From: Squalus acanthias | Taxonomy: Eukaryota | Reading direction: 5' to 3' | Length of the DNA stretch: 64,000 nucleotides | Assembly: GCA_030390025.1 (NCBI GenBank) | Contig: JASTWF010000035.1 | Location: 3,100,001 to 3,164,000 of the forward strand | Shown: piece after piece, positions 12,742 to 24,300 of the stretch | How the letters are laid out: each line of letters starts with the position of its first letter | Position numbering within the stretch: the stretch's first letter is position 1 | Made by a program: the position numbers and the translations under genes | The notes under the pieces: generated by a model | Database searches by the model: none | The model's input: the letters and a program-made list of their open reading frames with translations, nothing else | What the model was told of the DNA's origin: nothing

Positions 12742-14115
12742 CTTCTTTTTCTTAGGCAATCCCTCGGAACCGATGATGACTTGCTTCCACACTAAAAATG
12801 AGTTCTCAGGTGACTGATGAGTCCAATGCGGGACCTACAGTCTCTGTCACAGGTGGGGCAGACGGTGGTTGAAGGGGTGGGTGGGTGGGGTGCTCGGGTT
12901 GACGTGCGCTCCTTCCGCTGTTTGAGTTTGGCTTCCGCTTGCTCCCGGCGAAGAGACTCAAAGTGCTCAGCGCCTTCCCGGATTCTTCTCCTCCACTTTG
13001 TGCGCTCTTGGGCCAGGTATTCCCAGGTGTCAGTGGGGATGTTGCACTTTTTCAAGGAGGCTTTGAGGGTGTCCTTGAAGCATTTCCTCTGCCCACCTGG
13101 GGCTCTCTTGCCGTGTCGGAGCTCCGAGTAGAGCGCTTGTTTTGGGAGTCTCATATCGGGCATGCGGACGATGTGGCCCGTCCATTGGAGCTGATCGAGC
13201 GTGGTCAAAGCTTCGATGCTGGGGATGTTGGCCTGAGCGAGAACGCTGAAGTTGGTGCGCCTATCCTGCCAATGGTACCTCTCCAGTGCTTTGATGTGCC
13301 TGCTGTACATGGTCCATGTCTCTGAAGCATACAGGAGGGCGGGTATCACTACTGCTCTGTAGACCATGAGCTTGGTGCTGGGTTTGAGGTCCTGGTCTGC
13401 CCGAAGGCTGCACTGGCACACTGAAGGAGGTGTTGGACTTCGTCATCGAAATCTGCCCTTGTTGACTGTAGGCTCCCGAGGTATGGAAAGTGGTCCACGT
13501 TGTCCAAGGCCTCGTCATGGATTTTGATAATCGGGGAGCAGTACTGTGTGGCGGGGGCAAGTTGGCAGAGGACCTTTGTCTTACGGATATTTAGTGTAAG
13601 GCCCATGCTCGCGTACGCTTTGGTGAAGGTGTTGACGATGGTTTGGAGTTCGGCCTCAGTGTGCGCAGACGCAAGCGTTGTCTGCATATTGTAATTCGAC
13701 GACAGAGGATGGGACGACCTTGGATCTGGACTGGAGGCGATGGAGGTTGAACAGTTTCCCGTTTGTTCTGTAGATTAGCTCCACTCCAGCGGGGAGCTTA
13801 CTGAGGGTGAGATGGAGCATTGCAGCCAGGAAGATAGAGAAGGGCGTTGGTGCGATGACACAGCCTTGCTTGACCCCGGTCCGTACGTGAATTGGGTCTG
13901 TGGTGGATCCATTGGTCAGGATCACGGCTTGCATGTCGTCGTGAAGCAGGCGGAGGATGGTGACAAACTTTTGAGAGCAGCCAAATTTGAGGAGGACACT
14001 CCATAATCCCTCACGGTTGACGGTGTCGAAGGCCTTTGTGAGGTCAAAGAAGGCCATGTACAACGGTTGGTGCTGTTCCCTGTATTTCTCTTGTAGTTGA
14101 CGTGCGGTGAAGATC
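12742..14115 (-). mobile_element. RTE-clade LINE, RT and C-terminal part with internal deletions
   Basis: MIFTARQLQEK, FFDLTKAFDTVNR, GVKQGCVIAP, LQYAD and a C-terminal CPTCDRDCRSRIGLISH zinc finger; short GA-rich tail at 12742. Confidence 0.9.
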
Positions 14116-14750
14116 ATGGCTTTCATAGCGAGAGGATTCGAGTACAGGAGCAAGGATGTCTTGCTGCAGTTGTACAGGGCCTTGGTGAGACCACACCTTG
14201 AGAATTGTGTGCAGTTTTGGTCGCCTTATCTGAGGAAGGATGTTCTTGCCATGGAGGGAGTGCAGCGAAGATTTACCAGACTGATACCTGGGATGGCAGG
14301 AATGACATATGAAGAGAGATTGGGTCGATTAGGCTTATATTCGCTAGAGTTTAGAAGAATGAGAGGGGATCTCATTGAAACTTACAAAATTCTAACAGGG
14401 CTAGACAGACTAGATGCAGGAAGGATGTTCCCGATGGTGGGGGAGTCCAGAACCAGAGGTCACAGTCTAAGGATAAGGGGTAAGCCATTTAGGACTGAGA
14501 TGAGGAGGAATTTCTTCACCCAGAGAGTGGTGAATCTGTGGAATTCTCTACCACAGAAGGTAGTTGAGGCCAATTCATTAAATATATTCAAGAAGGAGTT
14601 AGATATATTTCTTAAGACTAAAGGGATCAAGGGATATAGGGAGAAAGCAGGGACAGGGTACTGAATTTGGACGATCGACCATGATCTCATTAAATGGCGG
14701 AACAGGCTCGAGGGGCCGAATGGCCTACTCCTGCTCCTATCTTCTATGTT
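14116..14750 (+). mobile_element. CR1 3' fragment with tail
   Basis: AFIARGFEYRSKDVLLQLY...KAGTGY* followed by the CR1 3' hairpin and tail. Confidence 0.9.
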
Positions 14751-15352
14751 CAGGTTCTGCTGCTGCCGCGGCTGGTCTTCGTCCGAATCTGATGTCCAGG
14801 AGGAAAGGAAATAAATGGTTCCCATGCTTCTGGTATATACCTCAATTGATGAAGCGCTCAGTCAAGGTGGGGAGAGGGGTTTCCCAGGAGGTCACACTGG
14901 AGATGGGTGTCAGGCTCCAAACTTCCACAACAATGAGTAGGCCTGCTAAAAGTTCCCCAAGACCTGAGACAACAAAGTTCTGCCACCTGCAAATGATCAT
15001 TGGTGAAAACTCCTTTGCAATGGTGGAGCTGCAGCTGTTAGTAAGCAATCCACTTTTGAGGCCATCAGGATTAACTGGCGTGTTCCAGAGGAGACGTGCA
15101 GGATGGGGGAAATGTGTTAAACTCACAAAGGCCTCTCAAAATGGGATTATAGAGGCAATTAACTGGTTAAGGGCCTTAAGGGCCTATCCCGCCTATGGGA
15201 GGCGGGATGGAAACGGGGTCTGAAACCACGAATGTGAGAAAATTGCTCAGAGGCGGGATGGGGGCGGGATCGGATCCGCCCGCCATTTTTTGCAATTTTG
15301 ACAACTCGCACGCCTCCAAACCCGCCTCCTTGGGCCTGGTAAAATTGAGCCC
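14751..15352 (-). mobile_element. Left end of a second copy of the Harbinger element (TIR and first transposase codons)
   Basis: Reverse complement starts GGGCTCAATTTTACCAGGCC, is collinear with 212-773 and encodes [24 protein letters not shown]. Confidence 0.9.
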
Positions 15353-15595
15353 TTTGTGTCTCTGAATCACTGGGAGTCGTCAGGTTGGTTGTGAGGCGCA
15401 GGCTGAATAGGGCTTTCCTAGCAGGGTCTTTGAGTGCTCCAGCGTTGATTTTCCTGCAGCATTGCTTCTGTTGCTGCCGCTGTTGTGGGGCTACGTTGAT
15501 GGAGATGACAGAGCAGATTAGGCGGTGGTCTGTCCAGCAATCGTCAGCTCCTGTCATGGCGCGGGTGATGCGGACATCCTTGAGGTCCCTCGCCC
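15353..15595 (-). mobile_element. RTE LINE endonuclease-end fragment (same insertion as 12742-14115)
   Basis: RDLKDVRITRAMTGADDCWTDHRLI, the RTE APE C-terminal motif. Confidence 0.85.
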
Positions 15596-16012
15596 GTCCT
15601 CGACCCTGGGCCCCGTCCTCGCCCCTGGGCCCCGTCCTCGCCCCTGGGCCCCGTCCTCGCCCCTGGGCCCCGTCCTCGCCCCTGGGCCCCGTCCTCGCCC
15701 CTGGGCCTCGACTTCGCCCCTGGGCCCCGTTCTCGACCCTGGGCCTCGACCTCGCCCCTGGGCCCCGTCCTCGCCCCTGGGCCTCGACTTCGCCCCTGGG
15801 CCCCGTTCTCGACCCTGGGCCTCGACTTCGCCCCTGGGCCCCGTTCTCGACCCTGGGCCTCGACTTCGCCCCTGGGCCCCGTCCTCGCCCCTGGGCCCCG
15901 TCCTCACCCCTGGGCCCCGTCCTCGCCCCTGGGCTTCTTCCTCGCCCCTGGGCCTCGACCTCGCCCCTGGGCCCCGTCCTTGCCCCTGGGCCTCGACGTC
16001 GCTCCTGGGTCC
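15596..16012. repeat. GC-rich 19-bp minisatellite (CCCCTGGGCCCCGTCCTCG)n
   Basis: About 21 direct copies, including the variant CCCCTGGGCCTCGACTTCG. Confidence 0.92.
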
Positions 16013-16093
16013 CAACCTCCTTATAGTGTGTCTCCTTCCACTGAGTGTGTCCCGCGGTGTCTCCTTCTAGTGAGTGTGTCTCGCGGTGTCTAC

Positions 16094-17622
16094 TTCTATC
16101 CTCCTATTCCTGTACTCACTAGCACATGGTACCAGGAGTAATCCGGAGATTACTACCTTTGAGGTCCTGCTTTTTAATCTCTCTCCTAGCTCCGTAAAGG
16201 CTGCCTGCAGGACCTCATCCCTCTTTCTGCCGATGTTGTTAGTACCGATATGGACCACGACCTCTGGCTGTTCAGCCTCCCCCCTCAGAGTGTCCTGCAG
16301 CCGCTCAGTGACATCCTTGACCCTGGCACCAGGGAGGCAACATACCATCCTGGAGTCACGTCTACGGCCACAGAAACACCTGTCTGCTCCCCTCACTATC
16401 GAATCCCCTACCACTATTGCTCTTCCACTCTTCTTCCTCCCCCCCGCCGTGCACCTGAGCCACCCGTGGTGCCATGGACTTGACTATGGCTGCACTCCCC
16501 AGAGGAACCATCGCTGTCACCAGTACTCAGCACCGAATACTGGTTGGAGAGCGCGATGCACTCTGGGGACTCCTGCACTACCTGCCTGGTCCTCCTCTTC
16601 TGTCTGACGGTCACCCATTCCCTCTCTGCCTGCACACTCTTAAGCTGCGGGGTGACCACCTCTAGAAACGTGCTACCCACGTAACTCTCAGCCTCGCGGA
16701 TGCACAGCAGTGACTGCAGCCGCCGCTCAAGCTCCGTAACCCGGTGCTCGAGTTGCTGCAGCTGGCGACACTTCCCGCACATGTGGCCGTCCAGACCACG
16801 GGAGATGTCCAGGACTTCCCACATGGCACAGGATGTGCACTCCACAGGACTGAGCTGCCCTGCCATGCCTCTATTTAATAGACTAAGAACTAACCCAGCA
16901 GAAATAAACTTAAAACTTAACAAAAAACACTCCCCAGCTACTCACCAATCAGCTCTTTCCCTCTATTTAATAGGCTATTAACTAACTTAGCAGAAATAAA
17001 CTTATAAACTTAAAACAAATACACTCACCAGCTACTCACCAATTAGCTCCTTCCTTTGTGCCGATGTCACTTTTTTTACTTTGACGTCACTTTTTCAAAA
17101 AGTGCCTCTGTTGAGTTGCTGCCGCTCCTTTCAACTGCTCCGCTCTCGCTGTGCTCCCTCCACTCCTTCCGGTCTCAGGCTCCTGCCGCTCCTTTCAACT
17201 GCTCCGCTCTCGCTGTGCTCCCTCCACTCCTTCCGGTCTCAGGCTCCTGCCGCTCGGGACTGCTCCGCTCTCGCTGTGCTCCCTCCACTCCTTCCGGTCT
17301 CAGGCTCCTGCCGCTCGGGACTGCTCCGCTCTCGCTGTGCTCCCTCCACTCCTTCCGGTCTCAGGCTCCTGCCGCTCGGGACTGTTCCGCTCTCGCTGTG
17401 CTCCCTCCACTCCTTCCGGTCTCAGGCTCCTGCCGCTCGGGACTGTTCTGCTCTCACTGTGCTCCCTCCAGGTCCACTGCTTCCGGTCTCAGGCTCCTGC
17501 CGCTCGGGACTGTTCCGCTCTCGCTGTGCTCCCTCCAGGTCCGCTCCTTCCGGTCTCAGGCTCCTGCCGCTCGGGACTGTTCCGCTCTCACTGTGCTCCC
17601 TCCAGGTCCACTCCTTCCGGTC
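16094..17622 (-). mobile_element. CR1 5' part: tandem 5' monomers, 5'UTR and ORF1 (Cys-rich N-terminus, coiled coil, SGNH esterase)
   Basis: MAGQLSPVECTSCAMW...CGKC..LQQLEHRVTELE; frameshift near 16430-16440; then GDSIVRG...VVHIGTNNIG. Confidence 0.88.
17115..17622. repeat. 61-67-bp CpG-rich tandem monomers at the CR1 5' end
   Basis: About 8 copies of CTGCTCCGCTCTCGCTGTGCTCCCTCCACTCCTTCCGGTCTCAGGCTCCTGCCGCTCGGGA; later units carry a 6-bp insertion. Confidence 0.9.
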
Positions 17623-18133
17623 TCCCCAAAGCCTTTCCACCATCTACAAGGCACAAGTCAGGAGTGTGATTGAATTCTCTCCACTTGCTTGGATGAGTGC
17701 AGCTCCAACAACACTCAAGAAGCTCGACCCATCCACCACCTTAAACATTCACTCCCTCCACCACCTGCGTACTGTGGCTGCAGTGTGTACCATCTAACAG
17801 ATGCACTGCAGCAACTCGCCAAGGCTTCTTCGGCAGCACCTCCCAAACCCGCGACCTCTTCCACCTAGAAGGACAAGGGCAGCAGACGCACGGGAACACC
17901 ACCACCTCCAAGTCACACCATCCTGACTTGGAATTATATCACCGATCCTTCATCGTCACTAGGTCAAAATCCTGGGACTCCCTCCCTAACAGCACTGTGG
18001 GAGTACCTTCACCACACGGACTGCAGCGGTTCAAGAAGGCAACTCACCACCACCTTCTCAACGGCAACTAGGGATGGGCAATAAATGCTGGCCTTGCCAG
18101 CGATGCCCACATCACATAAACGAATAAAAAAAA
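17623..18133 (+). mobile_element. 3' fragment of a divergent CR1/L2-superfamily LINE (same family as 29162-30768)
   Basis: PQSLSTIYKAQVRSV..NIHSLHH; 3' end GGATGGGCAATAAATGCTGGCCTTGCCAGCGA then an A-rich tail. Confidence 0.8.
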
Positions 18134-18156
18134 ATTCTTGTAGAAGTTTTTACAAC

Positions 18157-18463
18157 ACGGTGGCATAGTGGTTAGCACTGGTGCCTCACAGCGCCAGAGA
18201 CCCGGGTTCGAATCTGACCTCGGGTGACTGTCTGTGTGGAGTTTGCACATTCTCCCCGTGTCTGCGTGGGTTTCCTCCGGGTGCTCCGGTTTCCTCCCAC
18301 AGTCCAAAAATGTGTGGGTTAGGTTGATTTGGCTATGATAAATTGACCCTTAGTGTTAGGGGGGATTAAATATGTGGGGTTATGGGGATAGGATGGGATA
18401 TGTTAGGGGGAATTAAATACGTGGGGTTACGGGGGTAGGGTGGGATATGTGTACTGTGGGGAT
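18157..18463 (+). mobile_element. tRNA-derived V-SINE (HE1-like)
   Basis: A box TGGCATAGTGG, B box GGTTCGAATC, V-domain TGTGGAGTTTGCACATTCTCCCCGTGTCTGCGTGGGTTTCCTCCGGGTGCTCCGGTTTCCTCCCACA. Confidence 0.88.
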
Positions 18464-19020
18464 TAAAGCAGGGACAGGGTACTGGATTTGGATGATCAGC
18501 CATGATCGTATTGAATGGCGGAGCAGGCTCGACGGGCCGAATGGCCTACTCCTGCTCCTAGATTCTATGTTTCTATGTTTCTATTTCTTGCTAGTTTACT
18601 CTCATATTCTATTTTCTCCCTGTTTCTTAATTTCTTGGTCCTCATTTGCAGATTTTTAAAACCCTCCCAATCCTCAGGCTTACTACTCTTTTTTGCAAAA
18701 TTGTAAGCCTCTTCTTTTAATCTAATGCTATCCTTATACTAATTAACCCTGTCTCATTACACAAAACAAGATCTAAAATAGCCTGTTCCCTAGTTGGTTC
18801 CTCGACATATTATTCTAGAAAACTGTCTCGAATACATTCCATGAACTTGTCCTCCGCACTAATAGTTTGCCTGGTCTATATGAAGATTAAAGTCCCCCAC
18901 GTTTATTGCAATACTCTTGGTGTGTGCTCCTCTAATTTCCTGATTTATACTCTGTCAAACCCAATGATTACTGTTAGGGGGCCTATAAACTACTCCCATC
19001 AGTGTTTTCAGCCCTTTGTT
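18464..19020. mobile_element. CR1 debris: + strand tail (to about 18585), then degenerate - strand ORF2 pieces
   Basis: GGCCGAATGGCC hairpin and TTCTATG tail; minus-strand GDFNLHID-like and EEPTREQAILD-like coding remnants. Confidence 0.75.
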
Positions 19021-19035
19021 ATTTATAGAGTCAGA

Positions 19036-19944
19036 GGCAGCGATTTTCTGCTTCGATGCGGCTTGGGAGTGGGTCAGCTGCCTTCCGGGTTCCAGTCCCG
19101 CCCTCAACTACATCCGGCCCACAGATGTAATTTTACGCCAATTGGTCTTGTTAAGTCCGCCCTGCAGGCTTGCCAGCCAATTAAGAGGAAGCTGGAGTCA
19201 GATGACGTCATTTGATGACGCGTCATCTGCCGGTTTTCTTAAAGGGACCACGCACAATTTTTTTGACAGTTGATTTTTCAGTGTTTGACAGCATTGAGAT
19301 GCTGCAAACACTGAGAATCACTGTACAAAGGTGAGCTCTTGCACCCAGGCTCTCCAGTGACTCCCTCCTTAGGCTAGAACAGATGGCAGCTGCAGGTGAG
19401 GTTACAGAAACGATCTGTCACTGGTGAGAGAGGTTCTCCCAATGAGATGGGACTACACATATAATTCAAAACTTGTTACCTACAGAAAAGTCTAAATGCA
19501 TTAAAAATTAATTTCCCAACATTTTCTTACCTCTGAAACTCACCAGTGCACCATTGGATCTTTCACACCACTTCTGTAGATGTCATCAATGCATAAACAT
19601 TACAGCAGGCTCACAACACGCCACACTTACCTGGCGTGGTGCCCGGACATCGGGAAGCCCGCAGTAGAAGTGTCAAAATTGGAAAAAGCCTCTTAACTAC
19701 CTGTTAACAACCTGTTAACAACCAGTTAACAAGCAGTTAACAACCTGTTAACAAGCAGTTAAGTGGCTATGATCCTCTTCCCGCCGCTAGGTGCCGGGTC
19801 CATGCGCAAATCAGGGACCCGACACTTGGGAAGATTGATTGGAGGCGGGTTGACGGTGGGTTTCCAACCCGCTGTCAATCTTTGTGGTTTTGCCGGCTGT
19901 CCCGCCTCCAAACCCGCCCCCTGAGCGACGGCAAAATTCCGGCC
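19036..19944. mobile_element. Non-autonomous Harbinger-related element
   Basis: Ends GGCAGCGATTTT / AAAATTCCGGCC with TSD AGA (19033-19035 and 19945-19947). The right end (reverse complement GGCCGGAATTTTGCC...GGCGGGTTTGGAGGC) matches the left end of the Harbinger at 212. Confidence 0.78.
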
Positions 19945-19949
19945 AGAAA

Positions 19950-20508
19950 GTCACAGAGTCATAACGGTACAGAAGGAGGCCATTCGGCCCATTGAGTCCG
20001 TGCCGGCTCTCTGTAGAGCAATCCGGTCAGTCCCATTCCCCCGCTCTATCCCCATAGCCCTGCCAGTTTATTGCCCTCAAGTGCCTATCCAGTCTCCCCT
20101 TGAAAACATTGAGTGTCTCCACTTCCACCACTTCCATCAGCAGCGAGTTCCAGGTCCTCACCACTCGCTGTGTAAAATAGCTTTTCCTCACGTCCCACCT
20201 GTGTCTCTTGCCCAAAACCTTAAATCTGTGTCCCCTAGTCCTTGTACCATCAACTAGTGGGAACAGCCTTTCCCCGTCTAGCCTATCCAAACCCGTCATA
20301 ATCTTGTACATCTCTATCAAATCAACCCTCAACCTCCTTTGCTCTAATGAAAACAAATCCAGCTTCTCCAACCTGTCCTTGTAGCTAAGATCCCCCATCC
20401 CCGGAACCATTCTGGTAAATCTCCTCTGCACCCTCTCAAGGGCCTTCACATCCTTCCTAAAGTGTGGTGACCAGAACTGGACACAATACTCCAGTTGTGG
20501 CCTAACCA
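19950..20508 (-). mobile_element. CR1 3' fragment (same subfamily as 41115-44550)
   Basis: LVRPQLEYCVQFWSPHFRKDV...AGEWD* and the CR1 3' hairpin. Confidence 0.88.
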
Positions 20509-20509
20509 G

Positions 20510-21168
20510 CAAAGCGCATGCGCTGAAAACCAGCATTTCCGATCTGTGAAGAATCCTCTTGACAGATCGCGCGCCTGCCCTGGAGAAGGGCCTCTGTGGG
20601 GAGAGAATTCCGCTTTCTGCACATCCTTCGCCCGCTGAAATCCCTTAAAAATCTTATGCCTGGTAAAAGCCTGCGTAAGGCCTGCTTTTACCAGTATTAG
20701 AGTTTTAAAAAGTAAAATGCATTTATCATTTAAAAATACTTTAAAAAAAGATACGTTTATTTTTAGCCCCGTAAAAAACTTATAATTTTTTTTTCAAAAA
20801 ATTACATTTTTGTTTAAAATATTTAATTTAATGTAATTTTAACTAATTTTAAAAACATGATTTAAAAAAAAATGTATTTAATGTTTTGTGTTTTTGGAGT
20901 GATCTCCATTCATACTTTTGACGGGTCTAAGCTGTCAAAAGTATGAAGGGAGATTCCCTTCTCCCATTGGTTCCCCATGGCCCACGTGATCCCAGGAACG
21001 CTTGCGAACCGCCTGCGCCCCTGGGATACGTGGGCCCTGGGCATTTCGTAGAGCAGAGGCCCAGGAGTGGAAATGTCTGGACCTCTGGAGCCCTCGGGTA
21101 AGGCCGTAGATTTTTTCCAGATTGGAGGCCTTCGCACGCAGGAAGTCTCCGATCGGAAAATACGGGCC
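20510..21168. mobile_element. Second, left-truncated copy of the 3474-4228 MITE family
   Basis: Collinear with 3560-4228 (GCGCATGCGCTG, GGTAAAAGC..CGTAAGGCCTGCTTTTACCAG, AT-rich core, CCCCATGGCCCACGTGATCCCAGG); ends GATCGGAAAATACGGGCC. Confidence 0.8.
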
Positions 21169-21207
21169 AATATATTTATTGACCGCTGTCCTTCACCAAC
21201 GTTCCAG

Positions 21208-21322
21208 CCTCAGGGTTGATGGGGATAAAGACTGCAGTTTATCTCTGAAGCGCAGGACTCTTCCACATTCGCCCCAGCCCTATGCAGGAGTAATGATCCA
21301 GACCTGCCAGGATTCCACACCA
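21208..21322 (+). CDS. Probable penultimate coding exon of an unidentified host gene
   Basis: Non-repetitive island; branch-like TTGAC about 25 nt upstream of TTCCAG|; open frame LRVDGDKDCSLSLKRRTLPHSPQPYAGVMIQTCQDSTP; phase-0 donor CA|GTACGT compatible with the exon at 26759. Confidence 0.5.
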
Positions 21323-21399
21323 GTACGTTAACGCCCCAATCAATCAATGCATTAAACAATAAAAATACACCGTAACCTCGAACATTGATTAATGTGGAG

Positions 21400-24300
21400 T
21401 AAAAGGTAAAGTGGTAAAAAGTGAAAAAGCAGGAACTAAGTGCCACAAAGCATATTTGAAAGTTCTCTATCTGAATGCACGTAGCATTCGTAACAAAATA
21501 GACGAGTTAATGGCACAAATAACTACATATGGTTATGATATTGTGGCCATTACAGAAACATGGCTGCAGGGTGACAATGCCTGGGAATTAAACATACCAG
21601 GTTATTTAACGATCAGGAAGGACAGGCAGGAAGGAAGGGGAGGTGGGGTGGCTATGTTAATAAAGGAAGGAATCACTGTAATACAGAGTAATGATATTGG
21701 GTCAAAAAATCATGATAATGAAACAGTTTGGGTGGAGATAAGGAATAATAAGGGGAAAAAAAACACTAGTGGGCGTAGTCTATAGGCCTCCGAACAGTTG
21801 CAACTCTGTTGGACGGAGTATCAATCAGGAAATAGTTGAGGCATGTAATAAGGGAACATCTATAATTATGGGGGATTTTAACTATCATATTAATTGGACA
21901 AATCAAATGGGGCAGGGCTGCCTTGAGGATGAGTTCATTGAGTGTATTAGGGATGGGTTTCTTGAGCAGTATGTAACTGAACCGACCAGGGGGCAAGCAA
22001 CCTTAGATCTGGTCCTGTGTAACGAGACAGGATTAATTAAAAATGTCCTAGTAAAGGATCCCCTTGGAATGAGTGACCATAACATGGTTGAATTCCATAT
22101 TCAATTAGAGGGTGAGAAGGTTGGATCTCAAACAAGCGTGCTAAGCTTGAATAAAGGAGACTATGAAGGTATGCGAGCGGAATTGAGTAGAGTGGATTGG
22201 GAAAATAGATTAAAGGGTAAGACGACACATGATCAGTGGTGTACATTCAAGGAGTTATTTTACAACTTCCAAAAAAAATATATTCCACTGAAAAGAAAAG
22301 GGTGTAAAAGAAAGGACAGTCATCCGTGGCTAAGTAAAGAAATTAAGGATAGTATTCGACTAAAAACAAGGGCATATAAGGTAGCGAAATCTAGTGGGAG
22401 GACAGAGGATTGGGAAAACTTTAAAAGGCAGCAAAAAATAACAAAAAGATTGATTAAGAAAGGGAAGATAGATTATGAAAGTAAATTAGCAAAAAATATA
22501 AAAACAGATAGTAAGAGTTTTTATAGTTATATAAAAAGAAAAAGGGTGGCTAAAGTAAATGTTGGTCCCTTAGAGGATGAGACCGGGAAATTAATGGTGG
22601 GAAATATGGAGATGGCAAAAACACTGAATGAATATTTTGTATCAGTCTTTACAGTAGAAGACACTAAGAATATCCCAACACTGGACAAACAGGGGGCTAT
22701 AGGGGGAGAGGAGCTAAACACGATCAAAATCACTAAGGAAGTGGTACTCGGTAAAATAATGGGACTCAAGGCGGATAAATCACCTGGACCTGATGGCTTA
22801 CATCCTAGAGTCTTGAAGGAAGTGGCGGTAGGGATTGAGGATGCATTGGTAATAATTTTTCAAAACTCCCTGGATTCCGCTAAGGTCCCGGCAGACTGGA
22901 AAACTGCTAATGTAACACCCTTATTTAAAAAGGGCAGTAGACAGAAGGCTGGTAACTATAGACCGGTTAGCCTAACATCTGTGGTAGGTAAAATTTTGGA
23001 GTCCATTATTAAGGAAACAGTAACAGGACATTTGGATAATCATAATTTAATAGGACAAAGTCAGCATGGTTTTACGAAGGGGAAGTCATGTTTGACAAAT
23101 TTGCTGGAGTTCTTTGAGGAAGTAACATATAGAGTGGATAAAGGGGAACCAGTGGACGTAGTGTATTTAGACTTCCAAAAGGCATTTGACAAGGTGCCAC
23201 ACAAAAGATTATTGCTTAAGGTAAAAAATCACGGGATTGGGGGTAATATTCTGGCATGGATAGAGGATTGGCTATCTAACAGAAAGCAAAGAGTTGGGAT
23301 AAATGGTTCATTCTCAGACTGGCAATCAGTAACTAGTGGTGTTCCACAGGGGTCAGTGCTGGGTCCCCAACTCTTTACAATCTATATTAACGATTTGGAG
23401 GAAGGGACCAAGTGTAACATATCAAAATTTGCAGATGATACTAAGATGGGAGGGAAAGTAGTGAGTGAGGAGGACATAAAAAACCTGCAAGGGGACATAG
23501 ACAGGCTAAGTAAGTGGGCAGAGATTTGGCAGATGGAATACAACACTGGAAAGTGTGAGGTGATGCACTTTGGCAGGAAAAATCCTAGAGCAATTTATTA
23601 TCTTAATGGCAAGAAACTGGAGAGTACTGAAGTGCAAAGGGATCTGGGGGTCCTGGTGCACGAAACTCAAAAGGTTAGTATGCAGGTGCAGCAAGTGATT
23701 AAGAAGGCAAATGGAATGTTGGCTTTCATTGCTAGGGGGATAGAATATAAAAATAGGGAGGTATTGCTTCAGTTGTACAAGGTATTGGTGAGACCGCACC
23801 TGGAATACTGCATACAGTTTTGGTGTCCTTACTTAAGGAAAGACATCCTTGCTCTCGAGGCAGTGCAAAAAAGGTTCACTCGGTTAATCCCGGGGATGAG
23901 GGGGTGGTCATATGAGGAGAGGTTGGGTAGATTGGGACTCTACTCATTGGAGTTCAGAAGAATGAGAGGCGATCTTATTGAAACATATAAGATTGTGAAG
24001 GGGTTGGATCGGGTGGATGCGGGGAGGATGTTCCCGATGACGGGTGAGACGAGAACTAGGGGACATAGTCTTAGAATAAGGGGCTGCTCTTTCAAAACTG
24101 AGATGAGGAGGAACTACTTCACTCAGAGGGTGGTAGGTCCATGGAATATGCTGCCACAAAAAGCTGTAGAAGCTACAACATTAATTAAATTTAAAACAGA
24201 AATAGACAGTTTCCTAGAAGTAAAGGGCATTAAGGGTTACGGGGAGCGGGCAGGAATTTGGACATGAGTCTAGGTTCGGATCGGTCATGGCCCTGTGGGT

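Noticed and set aside
15385..16070. Pro/Arg/Gly-rich ORFs
   Set aside because: Translations of the 19-bp minisatellite, open in several frames.
17056..17797. Three overlapping repetitive ORFs
   Set aside because: Translations of the 61-bp monomer array.
18157..18230. tRNA gene (also at 35356)
   Set aside because: The A/B boxes run directly into the V-SINE core, so these are SINE heads.
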